A DNA stretch of 64,000 nucleotides from Bdellovibrionales bacterium (GTDB taxonomy: Bacteria > Bdellovibrionota > Bdellovibrionia > Bdellovibrionales > Bdellovibrionaceae), in contig JANMPT010000003.1 in NCBI GenBank assembly GCA_031370005.1, forward strand, positions 1 through 64,000. Direction: 5' to 3'. The translations under genes and the position numbers were made by a program. Positions 10,304-20,347 of this stretch are shown one piece after another (position 1 is the stretch's first letter; the number at the start of each line of letters is the position of its first letter). The notes below the pieces were generated by a model. It was not told the origin of the DNA and did no database searches. It saw only the letters and a list, made by a program, of their open reading frames with translations.

Positions 10304-11955
10304 AACGCTATATTATTCTTTCAATTTTCGGCAGCCTAGCCTTTGTTTTTTTATTTATCTTGCATCAAAAAAGTGAGAGCAAGTTTACAAAAAATTACCA
10401 AGAAGTTCTAAGTTTATTTTTAACTGCCAGACAAGTTGAGACTTCTCTTGAAAAAGATTTATTAAAATCAAGAAACTTTCTGCTTCTTACATATGATTCA
10501 ATTGTAGAAAACGAAAAGGAAGTGGAAGATGTATGCACCAATATGCATAGTCCTTCGTATTCAATATATAAATCACTAGATCACAATCTAGATCTTGCCA
10601 TTGACGAATACTGCGCAGCTGTAAGTCAAAAAATGAAAAAAGTAGAGATTTTTAAATCAAGAAACGCAATTCTAAAAAACTCACTCTTCTATATTCAAAA
10701 TAATGCAACTGAAAGAAGTAATGAAACTGCTAAAAGTAACTTGGGCGAAGTGTTTTTTCAAAATAGGTTGATCGAACTTTGCCTCGCTTATGCTCTGGTG
10801 ACCAATGACATCTCAAAAGACGCTCTTCGTGTCGCAATTGAAGCGGCTCAAAAAACACTCTTAAAGATGCCTGCTGATAGCGAATTCAGCATTATTGTTT
10901 CTCATGCCAACAAGGTCCTTGAAGTTAAGGGCTCTCTGGATTCTTTAACTAAGGAAATTATAAACTCAGACTCAACACAACTACTGGAAAAAGCACGGCA
11001 GTCCTATTTTCACAGCTACTCTAAGGCTGAATCTACTGCTCATGTATTCAGGGATTTGCTGTTTTTAGCTTGCACAATTTTTCTTGGATTTATAATTTAT
11101 AATATTATTCTACTGTGGAAGGCTGCTCAGAAATTAACTCAAGTCAATGAAAGCCTTGAACAGCGAGTACGAGATCGCACCAAAGAACTTAACGATACGA
11201 AGGAAACGATATTACAGCAACAGCAGACGCTCGTCTCATCGGCAAAAATGTCTTCCCTTGGTGAGATGGCCGGAGGCGTTGCCCATGAAATCAACACTCC
11301 CCTGGCAATTATTGGTCTAAAAATTGAGCAGCTCGAAAAATGTCTTATGGATGACATCATAAATCCAATGGACCTTATTGAAGGCTTGGAAGCTATAAAA
11401 TCAACCACTCAGCGTATTTCAAAAATAATTAGTGGTCTTCGGTTTTTTGCAAGAGATGGAAAATCACTGCCGACCCAGCTGACTACAATAGAAGCTATTG
11501 TTGAAGATACTTTTAGCTTCTGCAAAGAAAAATTTTCAAATCATGGAGTCCAACTGGAATTGAAAAATGATTCAATTTCCCCTTTGCAACTTAAATGTAG
11601 ATCCGTAGAAATTTCCCAAGTGCTTCTAAATCTTTTAAACAATGCCTTTGACTCTATTGAAAGCCAAAAAAATAAATGGGTTCGCGTTGGAATCGCTGAC
11701 AAAAACGATTTTATAGAGTTGACTGTAACAGACAGCGGATTAGGGATTTCAAAAGAGATTCAAGATAAAATTATGCAGCCATTTTTTACGACAAAGCCGG
11801 TTGGCAAAGGAACTGGTCTTGGACTCAGTATTTCCCGAGGCATTATTGAGTCTCATCAAGGGAAATTATTTTTAAATGCTGACACTCCTAACACCTGCTT
11901 CACCATCTTGTTGCCGAAGGAACCCGAGGATCAATACCTTAAGAAATCCGCATAA
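10300..11955 (+). CDS. Membrane sensor histidine kinase with all-helical (DAHL-like) periplasmic domain
   Basis: Two TMs flanking a helical region (FKSRNAILKNSL); H-box GVAHEINTPL; N, G1, F and G2 boxes; ATGA overlap with the peroxidase gene. Confidence 0.9.
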   Translation: MKRYIILSIFGSLAFVFLFILHQKSESKFTKNYQEVLSLFLTARQVETSLEKDLLKSRNFLLLTYDSIVENEKEVEDVCTNMHSPSYSIYKSLDHNLDLAIDEYCAAVSQKMKKVEIFKSRNAILKNSLFYIQNNATERSNETAKSNLGEVFFQNRLIELCLAYALVTNDISKDALRVAIEAAQKTLLKMPADSEFSIIVSHANKVLEVKGSLDSLTKEIINSDSTQLLEKARQSYFHSYSKAESTAHVFRDLLFLACTIFLGFIIYNIILLWKAAQKLTQVNESLEQRVRDRTKELNDTKETILQQQQTLVSSAKMSSLGEMAGGVAHEINTPLAIIGLKIEQLEKCLMDDIINPMDLIEGLEAIKSTTQRISKIISGLRFFARDGKSLPTQLTTIEAIVEDTFSFCKEKFSNHGVQLELKNDSISPLQLKCRSVEISQVLLNLLNNAFDSIESQKNKWVRVGIADKNDFIELTVTDSGLGISKEIQDKIMQPFFTTKPVGKGTGLGLSISRGIIESHQGKLFLNADTPNTCFTILLPKEPEDQYLKKSA

Positions 11956-11986
11956 TATAATGATCGGCTCCCAAGCAATCCTGGAG

Positions 11987-13705
11987 CTATTTACTCGCCC
12001 CTTGGTTTTCCTCACTCATAATCTTAGCCAAGGCATGATCCACAGCTTTTGCAATTTGCAGTTTTTTCTGATTCGCCATCCAGCCTGAGTTTTCTGCCCG
12101 AACCTTGACCAACTCTTGCTTTGCAACTGGATCCTTAAAAAAATTCAAAGCATTGGTTCCGGCCTCTTTCAAGTCCTTATCATTTGATCTTAAAAGATCT
12201 AAGATCTGCGGCAAAGCCGCAGCCCCAATTTTGCCGAGAGTTTGGCTACACCATTTTCTTACCTCTAAATCCTTATCACGGGCACAGACGATCGCAGTCT
12301 GAAGAGCCGCCTCTGGCTCTTCAGACTTTACATCCATCTCAGCCAAGGCGCGTGCTGCAATGGCTTTATGAAGACGCTTGGGTTCAATCACCTCTTGGCG
12401 AATAGCTAGAAATCCAGAGTGACCTAGGCACTCCAAAGCATCTATGGCAAGATCATTGGCATCACCGGTTTTAATCGCTGCCACTACACTTTCAATATGA
12501 GGTTCTGCCATCTTGCGACTTTCTTTTGGCAAAGAGCAGATCATATTAATCGCCCGCCGACTTGCCGGAGAATTATCTGCCAAATGAGCAGATACATAGT
12601 CGGCCACAATGTCTTCACGCTTCAGATTTTTAACTAGAACCATCGAAGCAACACCACTAGCCTCCGCGCTATCCAAAAGCCCCGTTAGTCTCTTCACAGT
12701 CCACTTGGCCTCATCCTCCCCTAGTTTCGGTAAAACAACAGAGGCTGCTTCAATCACCTCCATGGATTCGTGTTCAGAAATTCTTTTCACAATCAGATAA
12801 GCAATACGTTTCACTTCCTCATGTGGAAATTTCATCATGGCGCGAATAGCAGCTGCACGAACTAAAGCATTTGGATGATCAGTCATAATCTTGGCGAGCT
12901 TCGGAAGCCCAACCACGGACTTCATTTCAGTGCATTTCGTTGCGCGAATTGCCCAGTAGACCACATCTTCAGCTCCATTCGGAGACAGTGCCACTTGAAT
13001 TTCTTTGCTGAGCATAGGACATGCTTTATTGGCTTGAACTGCTTCTTGAAACTCAATGGCCAGTTTGTCTTTAGCCACCACCTCTAATTTATTTTCTAAA
13101 GACACATTCGATATAGCATCAACTCCGCCTTCGCCCACCAGGGCTTTTTTTTGCAGAATCATCACAAAATCAGGTCGACTTGCTTGATAGGCATTAAAAA
13201 TCATGTTGCCCAAAAAAATTGCAATAATTGGAACGAGAGCAAATATTGGAATGCTCAATAAAAAAGCCGAAAACCGACTAAACGCCACACGAGAGCACCA
13301 AACTAAAATTGGCCCCATTAAACTTCTTACTGCAACAAACAGACAAATTGTAAAGATTCCTGGAATAACGACGGCATGCCATATCACGGGAGCCCATGGC
13401 ATTTCTCCAACTCTGTAAAATCCAAAGGCAATCATAGTTGCAATAACGGCACGAAAAATCCAGCCCCATGGAGACTTCTTCAAAGCGCTTGGCAAAGAAT
13501 CGGCAATCCAAATTCCGGCCTTACTAAGCGTTGCAAAATTAGCATAAAAACAAGTGCTAATACCCAACCATAAAATATACCAAACATATTGATGGTATTG
13601 ATGCTGAAAGCGAAAACTCATACCATCGCCAACGATCGTTGCAATGATCAGAATAAAAAATACAAACCATGGCAAAACCAAAGCTCTCAGCACATTCATC
13701 TTCAT
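11987..13705 (-). CDS. Membrane protein with HEAT-repeat C-terminal domain
   Basis: About 5 N-terminal TM segments, then HEAT-like repeats (VRAAAIRAM, VRKWCSQTLGKIG). Confidence 0.7.
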   Translation of the reverse strand: MKMNVLRALVLPWFVFFILIIATIVGDGMSFRFQHQYHQYVWYILWLGISTCFYANFATLSKAGIWIADSLPSALKKSPWGWIFRAVIATMIAFGFYRVGEMPWAPVIWHAVVIPGIFTICLFVAVRSLMGPILVWCSRVAFSRFSAFLLSIPIFALVPIIAIFLGNMIFNAYQASRPDFVMILQKKALVGEGGVDAISNVSLENKLEVVAKDKLAIEFQEAVQANKACPMLSKEIQVALSPNGAEDVVYWAIRATKCTEMKSVVGLPKLAKIMTDHPNALVRAAAIRAMMKFPHEEVKRIAYLIVKRISEHESMEVIEAASVVLPKLGEDEAKWTVKRLTGLLDSAEASGVASMVLVKNLKREDIVADYVSAHLADNSPASRRAINMICSLPKESRKMAEPHIESVVAAIKTGDANDLAIDALECLGHSGFLAIRQEVIEPKRLHKAIAARALAEMDVKSEEPEAALQTAIVCARDKDLEVRKWCSQTLGKIGAAALPQILDLLRSNDKDLKEAGTNALNFFKDPVAKQELVKVRAENSGWMANQKKLQIAKAVDHALAKIMSEENQGASK

Positions 13706-13719
13706 GAGACCTCCAATTC

Positions 13720-14922
13720 TTATAAGATTACTTCTTCTGGGGGATCCTGTAAGTTGTAATCTGAACGCATGACATAACCATAAGCCCCCACATCACCTAT
13801 GACTAGAAAATCTCCCTCATTCAATTCACTCAGATCCCGGCCTGTAGCTAGGAAATCACTCGACTCACAAATAGGGCCTACGACGTCATATCTTTTCTTT
13901 TTCGAATCTGTATTTTCACTCAGGGTCCATATACTGTGATAAGCCCCGTAGAGTGTTGGACGCAGCAAGTGATGCATGCCAGTATCTACGATGACGAAGT
14001 TTTTTGTTGAAGTATTTTTTAAGTACTGGACTTTAGTCAGCAAGACCCCAGCGTGGGCAACAAGCCATCTTCCTGGCTCCGTTTGAAGTTTAGCCCTTAA
14101 TCCCCCGAGCTCCTCAAAGATGATCGCTGCATATTCTAAAAGAAGTTTTTCTTCCGCTTCCAACGCTTGAGTTTCATAGAAAATTCCGAGCCCACCTCCG
14201 ACGTCAAAAGTGTCCACAGAACTGAATTCTCTTTGCAGCTCTTCATAAATAGGGCGCAAAAGCTTTAATGCCACTCTAAAACCCGAGAGCTCGTGCATTT
14301 GTGAACCCAAATGCAAACTCACGCCTCGGAAATCTAAGAAATTTTTGTTGCTGTGAAGAAGCTCCCTCAACTCGGGCAGATCTGTCAGTGCCATACCGAA
14401 CTTATTGTTATGAAGGCCTGTGGAAATATAGGGATGGGTTTTAATATCCACATCAGGATTTAATCTGAAAACCACTGCTGGTTTTTTACCAAGCTCTTTG
14501 GCAATACCGGCGATACGTCGAAGTTCTGAAATACTCTCAATATTGATTTGTGTGAGGTTTAGCTCCAATGCTTGACGGATTTCTTTATGGCTTTTTCCAA
14601 CCCCGCTGTAAATCATTTCCTGGGGTCCAAATCCCGCCTCCATAGCACGGCAGACCTCCCCTCCGCTAACTACATCCGCCCCGCCCCCAAGCTCGTGAAG
14701 ACATCGCAATACTGCAGGGTGAGAGTTTGCTTTCATGGCATAATAGATTTGCACGCCTGGTAAGGCTTTTTGCAAAAGCACATAGCGCTCCCTCAGGATC
14801 TCCAAATCATACACATAAATGGGCCTTTCGTAATTTTTCGCCAGGTAATCCAAGGCCTTTTTTTGGGGGCCAAGCGCCAAACTTTGTTTCTCGTATTGCA
14901 AATATAACTTCGCTTTTGACAT
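13720..14922 (-). CDS. lysA: Diaminopimelate decarboxylase
   Basis: YAMKAN PLP lysine, HPYISTG..NKFG, HLGSQ, EPGR, GPICES. Confidence 0.93.
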   Translation of the reverse strand: MSKAKLYLQYEKQSLALGPQKKALDYLAKNYERPIYVYDLEILRERYVLLQKALPGVQIYYAMKANSHPAVLRCLHELGGGADVVSGGEVCRAMEAGFGPQEMIYSGVGKSHKEIRQALELNLTQINIESISELRRIAGIAKELGKKPAVVFRLNPDVDIKTHPYISTGLHNNKFGMALTDLPELRELLHSNKNFLDFRGVSLHLGSQMHELSGFRVALKLLRPIYEELQREFSSVDTFDVGGGLGIFYETQALEAEEKLLLEYAAIIFEELGGLRAKLQTEPGRWLVAHAGVLLTKVQYLKNTSTKNFVIVDTGMHHLLRPTLYGAYHSIWTLSENTDSKKKRYDVVGPICESSDFLATGRDLSELNEGDFLVIGDVGAYGYVMRSDYNLQDPPEEVIL

Positions 14923-14969
14923 CTCTCACCCTCATGATGTTTTATTCAGTCTAGCGAGAAGGACCAATT

Positions 14970-15638
14970 ATGAAAACATCTGTTTTTGGATATAGCTCTT
15001 TGGGACTGCCCATCATAGCTTATGAGTTCCAAAATTCTGGCCCTGAGGTTTTGATCTTGGGGGGAGTTCATGGAGACGAGAGCGAAGGGCTAATTGCCGC
15101 GCAAGCGCTTTTAAACTGCCTTATGTTGAACTTTCCTTATCTTTTAAACTTGATTTTGATTCCCCAGTTCAATATCGAAGGGGTATTGAATAAAACTCGC
15201 GGCAACGCCAAAGGCATTGATTTAAATCGAAATCTAAAAACCAAAGACTGGTCATCTGAAGTAAAAACTCCCCGTTATCATCCGGGACCCGCAGCGGGCA
15301 GCGAGCCTGAAAACCAGGCCCTGATGAAATACATTGACGAGAAAAAACCTCAATGGATTTTATCTTTGCACTCTTGGCATCCAATTTTGAACATCAACGG
15401 CAACTGCCGTGCCGAGGCAGACGTTCTAGCAAAACATACAGGTTATAAAATCGACGATGATATTGGCTATCCAACTCCTGGATGCTTAGGTACCTACGCA
15501 GGGCTGGAACGCCAGTCACCAACTTTGACCTACGAAATACAACGCGGCCAAGCCCCTGCTGAGATTATAAGAATCCATGTCCCAGCAATTCTTGAAGCCC
15601 TTAAAGTAACTGAAAAAAAGAATCAGCAAAGGAAGTAG
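14970..15638 (+). CDS. mpaA: M14 zinc carboxypeptidase, murein peptide amidase A-like
   Basis: GGVHGDE, DLNRN, SEPE, SLH, IGYPTPG.LG. Confidence 0.8.
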   Translation: MKTSVFGYSSLGLPIIAYEFQNSGPEVLILGGVHGDESEGLIAAQALLNCLMLNFPYLLNLILIPQFNIEGVLNKTRGNAKGIDLNRNLKTKDWSSEVKTPRYHPGPAAGSEPENQALMKYIDEKKPQWILSLHSWHPILNINGNCRAEADVLAKHTGYKIDDDIGYPTPGCLGTYAGLERQSPTLTYEIQRGQAPAEIIRIHVPAILEALKVTEKKNQQRK

Positions 15639-15639
15639 C

Positions 15640-16467
15640 ATGAGCCTGGAAAATTCAATTCAAAAAATCTGGGACGAGATCCAATCCGGAACCAAAATCG
15701 ACAGTCTTTCCACGGATAAAAAATCTGCTATTGAGCAAAGTATCGAAGGTCTTGATTCTGGCATACTCAGAGTCTGCGAAAAAGCCGAAGGCAGTTGGAA
15801 AACCAATGAATGGCTTAAAAAAGCTATCTTGCTTTACTTCCGTCTACAAAAAATGAGCTTGATGAACGCCGGCGATTTTAATTACTTCGATAAAATACCC
15901 GTAAAACACTGGAGCGGTAACGAAGGCGTCAGAGCTGTCCCACACGCAATCGCAAGAAGAGGCAGCTTCATCGAAAGTGGCGCGATCTTGATGCCTTCAT
16001 ATGTAAATATCGGAGCCTTTGTCGGTGCCGGCACAATGGTTGACACCTGGGCCACAGTCGGAAGCTGCGCCCAAATAGGCAGGAATGTTCATTTGTCAGG
16101 GGGCGTAGGTATCGGTGGGGTCCTAGAACCCATTCAGGCAAGCCCAGTCATCATTGAAGACCACGCCTTTATAGGAAGTCGCTGTATCATCGTCGAAGGT
16201 GCGGTCATCGAGGAAGGCGCTGTTCTTGGTGCGGCTGTCACCATCACTGCTTCAACTAAGATCATCGATGTCACAGGCTCACAAGAGAAAATCTATCACG
16301 GTCGCATCCCGAAAAACTCTGTGGTGATCCCTGGCACTGTAATAAAAAAATTTCCTGCGGGGGAATATGGAACTCCCTGCGCTTTAATTATCGGACAAAG
16401 AAAAGCAAGTACTGATCTTAAGACGTCTTTGACAGAGGCTTTGAGGGATTTCCAGATTTCAGTTTAG
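15640..16467 (+). CDS. dapD: 2,3,4,5-tetrahydropyridine-2,6-dicarboxylate N-succinyltransferase
   Basis: WLKKAILLYFR, MPSYVNIGA, VDTWATVGSCAQIG, GGVLEPIQA. Confidence 0.96.
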   Translation: MSLENSIQKIWDEIQSGTKIDSLSTDKKSAIEQSIEGLDSGILRVCEKAEGSWKTNEWLKKAILLYFRLQKMSLMNAGDFNYFDKIPVKHWSGNEGVRAVPHAIARRGSFIESGAILMPSYVNIGAFVGAGTMVDTWATVGSCAQIGRNVHLSGGVGIGGVLEPIQASPVIIEDHAFIGSRCIIVEGAVIEEGAVLGAAVTITASTKIIDVTGSQEKIYHGRIPKNSVVIPGTVIKKFPAGEYGTPCALIIGQRKASTDLKTSLTEALRDFQISV

Positions 16468-16470
16468 ATG

Positions 16471-17715
16471 TTAGTTTTTAATTCTTAATGCCTGCGCCGG
16501 CTGAATTTTACTAGAGGTTCTCGCCGGGTACCAAGCACCACCAAGACAGACTAAAAAGCCCACCACCAAAACACCCCAAATAAGATTTGTATCCACAAGA
16601 GCCGGGATCTGGGAGTCATAATAAATATCTGGCAGGATATTTACTGGGTTTTTTTCAATATAAAAACTAATAGCCGTACCAAAGATCACTCCTGGTATCA
16701 GTCCAAAGGCCGCGAGCATCATTCCCATTTGCGTAAATATTTTCACTGTGCGCTTATCAGAAAGCCCTAGGGTTTTTAAAATCGCGATGTCACGTTTTTT
16801 CTGAGACATCAAAAGTGCCAATACTGATAAAATAGAAGTCGCAGCAATCAGTCCAGCAAGACCTAAAAATATGCCAATGATCAACTTCTCAAGTCTAAGT
16901 GCAAAAAATAAAACTGAATTACGATCCATCCAAGTCTCAGCCGTCACATCACTAAATTTTTCAACTTCTCGCTTAAGGTCATTCAGATTTTTTCCATCCG
17001 GAGTCCAAACCTCGATACCAACTTTGCGGCTGGCCGCCGAGTCTAAACTATTCAAAGTTGCTCCTCGCTGGTAAAAAACAAACTGAGAATCTAAATCCGA
17101 AAGATTGGTGGTTATGATTTTGCTAACCCTCACCTTTTCAAACTTTGGCGACTCCCCAGGGGGCAACAACAAACCCTCCGGTGGAACAACTGTGAGGTAA
17201 TCCCCTTCAAAAACTCCCAAAGAACGAGCCAGATCCACGCCCACGATAACCTCCCCTTTTCCGGGAAGATCCTCAGAGCTCCAGAACTGAACATTATCGC
17301 GCTTTTTATGCTCTTCAGTTTGATGGATTTGCTCCACCATAAATTTTAAACTCTCTTCACTAACTCCACGAGCGATGGCCCCGTGGAACTGTCCGTCCAT
17401 GGTGCGCAAAATCACGTCTTGAGTTTCATATACATAAGATTTATTTAGTGGATTTTCTTTGAGTCTTTGAAAAACTGGGTGAAGCTCCAGAATGGAGCCC
17501 TTGTTAACGCCATTCACACTCACATACAAGTGAGGCTCAAGCGAGAGAATACGTTTATGAATGCTAGCGTTCATGCCATTCATAACAAACAAAACGACCA
17601 AGAAAGCAGTCACACTCAAGGCAATAGCACCCACAGAAAGCCAAGCTAGACGTTTAACGAGAGCACCGGCACGTTTGGAAAAAATGAAATGACTAAAAAA
17701 TTCTCGGACGAGCAT
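16471..17715 (-). CDS. LolC/E-family lipoprotein-releasing ABC permease
   Basis: VLFVMNG, K.RDIAILKTLG, PA..A....PAQALR; FtsX-type topology. Confidence 0.85.
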   Translation of the reverse strand: MLVREFFSHFIFSKRAGALVKRLAWLSVGAIALSVTAFLVVLFVMNGMNASIHKRILSLEPHLYVSVNGVNKGSILELHPVFQRLKENPLNKSYVYETQDVILRTMDGQFHGAIARGVSEESLKFMVEQIHQTEEHKKRDNVQFWSSEDLPGKGEVIVGVDLARSLGVFEGDYLTVVPPEGLLLPPGESPKFEKVRVSKIITTNLSDLDSQFVFYQRGATLNSLDSAASRKVGIEVWTPDGKNLNDLKREVEKFSDVTAETWMDRNSVLFFALRLEKLIIGIFLGLAGLIAATSILSVLALLMSQKKRDIAILKTLGLSDKRTVKIFTQMGMMLAAFGLIPGVIFGTAISFYIEKNPVNILPDIYYDSQIPALVDTNLIWGVLVVGFLVCLGGAWYPARTSSKIQPAQALRIKN

Positions 17716-17757
17716 TGGCCCATTGTCGTGCGCTAGCTTAGACTTTACAACTGCTTT

Positions 17758-18732
17758 TTAAGGCCTAGATTCTTCTATATTTGCTGGTTTACGTAGTTTA
17801 GATTCCTCTTCACGAACTTCCTGAACACTACCGCGGATAAACAGACTCTTTTGCATTGCTTTAAGCATGATCACAGTTTCATTCAAGGCTTCCACTGCCC
17901 GATGTGTCGCCTGTGGCAGCTCAGGGCCAATGGATTTGAGCGCCGGGCCTAAAACCTTAAAGTCATTGGTTAAACTCGCTAAATTTTTACTCATTTGCGC
18001 CAAGTCTTTTGCAAGCCCCGGGTTCTCTCGATTCAAATCAGGCAAAATCACATTCAATTCATGGGTTGTCACTGCGAGGTTACTCACCACGTTTTGCAGA
18101 TTCCCCTTATAGGTAGCTTGACGGCTCAGTTTCGTCATTTCATTGGCCATCACTTCAATATTTAAAAGTAAAGGATCTAAACGGTCGAAAATACGAACCA
18201 AAGACTGAGTTCGATCTTTATTAGTAAGAGCCTCCACCATTCGAGTTATATTTTCTAATGTGCCGCTAAGCCTTACCAGATGCGTTCCCAAAGACTTCCC
18301 ACTCAATATGCTCATAATATCTAGGGTCTCATTCGAGACAATCAGTTGATACTGTAGCGCTTCTGGAGAAGTCTCCGAACCCACCGATACTTCCAGAGCT
18401 CGATCGCCAATAATAAAAGGGCGAATCAGCTGTGCTGTGCTGTCTTGACGAATTCTTAGTTGGAATTTACTTAAAACATAAAAATTTACTTTAATTTTAT
18501 TATCGGATTGAAGTTCAACATCCTCCACTGCACCCGCACGAAGCCCTGCCATTTGCACCAAAGTGCCTGGGTGAATTCCATCAGCATTTTCAAAAATTGC
18601 AGAATAATAAACCTTCGTCGCAAACCAACCCTGCTTAACTGCCACACTTAAGGCGGTTACCAAAACTCCAATGATTGTAAAAAGGACAAACAAGCCTGCC
18701 ACTCGTTCAAACTTGTTGAACTTATTTTTCAT
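17758..18732 (-). CDS. MlaD/MCE family protein
   Basis: N-terminal TM, F.NADGI..GT.V..AG..AG.V MCE motif, helical C-terminus. Confidence 0.85.
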   Translation of the reverse strand: MKNKFNKFERVAGLFVLFTIIGVLVTALSVAVKQGWFATKVYYSAIFENADGIHPGTLVQMAGLRAGAVEDVELQSDNKIKVNFYVLSKFQLRIRQDSTAQLIRPFIIGDRALEVSVGSETSPEALQYQLIVSNETLDIMSILSGKSLGTHLVRLSGTLENITRMVEALTNKDRTQSLVRIFDRLDPLLLNIEVMANEMTKLSRQATYKGNLQNVVSNLAVTTHELNVILPDLNRENPGLAKDLAQMSKNLASLTNDFKVLGPALKSIGPELPQATHRAVEALNETVIMLKAMQKSLFIRGSVQEVREEESKLRKPANIEESRP

Positions 18733-19472
18733 AGATGAACTACCTTCTTCGCCTGGTCCACCGTTTGTAAGTAAACTTGACCATCATCAACATGAATAAT
18801 TTGATAGTTAAAAAGGCTCATATATTTTTCATCATAAGAGCTCATAAAAATATGCTTAAGATAACCGTCCTCTCGCATTTTATGAATATAGTCTACAAAG
18901 GTATAAAGAGTTTCTTGACCAAGCCCCACAGAAGGATCATCCATCACTAAAACCTCAGGTTGCATCACAAGCGAACGCAACAGACATACTAATTTACGAA
19001 CTCGTCCAGGAATATGCGCCGGCCTTTCTTGAGAGAATTTCTCAATATCAAATGCTTTAATAACACCCTCAACACGAGCTTTGGCGTCTTTCATCGAAAT
19101 TAATTTGTGATAAGCCAATGGCAAAATCAGGTTATCATAAACTGTTCGATTGCTAATCAGACCGCCATAGTCAAAAGTATAACCGATGGCTAGGCGGTAA
19201 GGTAAAAACTCCTCAAAGGACATATCTAAAACGTTTTTTTCATTGATGTAGTAAAAACCGGATTGTGGCACTAACAGACCTGCAAGGACCTGTAAAAGAC
19301 TTGATTTGCCTTGGCCTTCAATTCCCTTCACCCAAACAACCTCGTTCATTGGAAACTCAAAATCGACATTATAAATCAAAGGGGACTGCCCCTCATGAGC
19401 AAACGTCAAAGTTTCAAATTTCATGGTTTCAATTTTTTCGACTGGATTATTTTTTTGGCCATGCTTCGACAT
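18729..19472 (-). CDS. MlaF-like ABC ATP-binding protein with degenerate motifs
   Basis: Walker A GIEGQGKS, GGLISNRTVYDN; lies between mlaE and mlaD homologs. Confidence 0.8.
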   Translation of the reverse strand: MSKHGQKNNPVEKIETMKFETLTFAHEGQSPLIYNVDFEFPMNEVVWVKGIEGQGKSSLLQVLAGLLVPQSGFYYINEKNVLDMSFEEFLPYRLAIGYTFDYGGLISNRTVYDNLILPLAYHKLISMKDAKARVEGVIKAFDIEKFSQERPAHIPGRVRKLVCLLRSLVMQPEVLVMDDPSVGLGQETLYTFVDYIHKMREDGYLKHIFMSSYDEKYMSLFNYQIIHVDDGQVYLQTVDQAKKVVHL

Positions 19473-20308
19473 TAGACAACCCCTAAATTTTGCAATTGAT
19501 TCAAATAAAATAATGCCGTGACGGTCAGATTAAAAACCATGACATAGATCACGCTGTTCACCACGGCCTGTGTAGTCACTTGAGGAACTTCATGAGGACT
19601 TTTCTTCACTGAAAGACCTTGATAGCAAGAAACAACAAAAATGATCATGCCGCTAAAGCTATTCTTCGCAAAAAATATAATCACATCTTCTTTGGAAAAA
19701 GCGCTCATAAGTGAGTCGAGATAAAACAAAAATGGCATGTCTTGAAGAAGCCTAGTAATAAAAAAACCACCAATCAAAGCCAACACGTTAAAATAGAAAG
19801 CCAAGCAAACAACGCTGATTACCCCACCCAACACTCGTGGAAAAACGATAAAGCTTAAAGGATTAATCCCCATACTCTCGAGGGCTTCAATTTCACGATT
19901 CGCGCGCATGTTTCCTATTTCACTGGCAACAGCTGTCCCTGAACGGGCTATCACTACAAGTGCTACAAGCAGCGGACCGGCCTCGCGGACCACCATAACA
20001 ATTAAGAAGTTCCCTATCATTTGGGTTCCACCGAGCATACTTAGATTGGCCATTGATTGAAGTACCAGAACGCTTCCAGTCCCCAGAGCCATCACAGAAA
20101 CAAGTGGCAAGGCCTGCCATCCAGTGAAGTAAATCTGCGCTGAGATTACGCTCACAACAGTTCGAAAGCCTTGAGCTTGATCAAGGATGGCCGCTCTCAT
20201 GGAAAGGTACACCATCAATAAGACACGCAACGTATATTCAATATTTTTTGTAACAAATCGACCTAAAGTGCAAATTTTTGCATCAATGTACGTCCACAAG
20301 TTTCCCAT
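19472..20308 (-). CDS. MlaE family ABC permease
   Basis: REAGPLL.ALV.IARSGTAVASEIGNM..NREIEALE.MGINP. Confidence 0.9.
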   Translation of the reverse strand: MGNLWTYIDAKICTLGRFVTKNIEYTLRVLLMVYLSMRAAILDQAQGFRTVVSVISAQIYFTGWQALPLVSVMALGTGSVLVLQSMANLSMLGGTQMIGNFLIVMVVREAGPLLVALVVIARSGTAVASEIGNMRANREIEALESMGINPLSFIVFPRVLGGVISVVCLAFYFNVLALIGGFFITRLLQDMPFLFYLDSLMSAFSKEDVIIFFAKNSFSGMIIFVVSCYQGLSVKKSPHEVPQVTTQAVVNSVIYVMVFNLTVTALFYLNQLQNLGVV

Positions 20309-20347
20309 ATCTTTTTATCGGCTTTGAGACTTAAAAAATATACGGAC

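Noticed and set aside
20315..20345. Sigma28 promoter for mlaE
   Set aside because: GCCGATAA is present on minus, but there is no acceptable -35 at 15-nt spacing.
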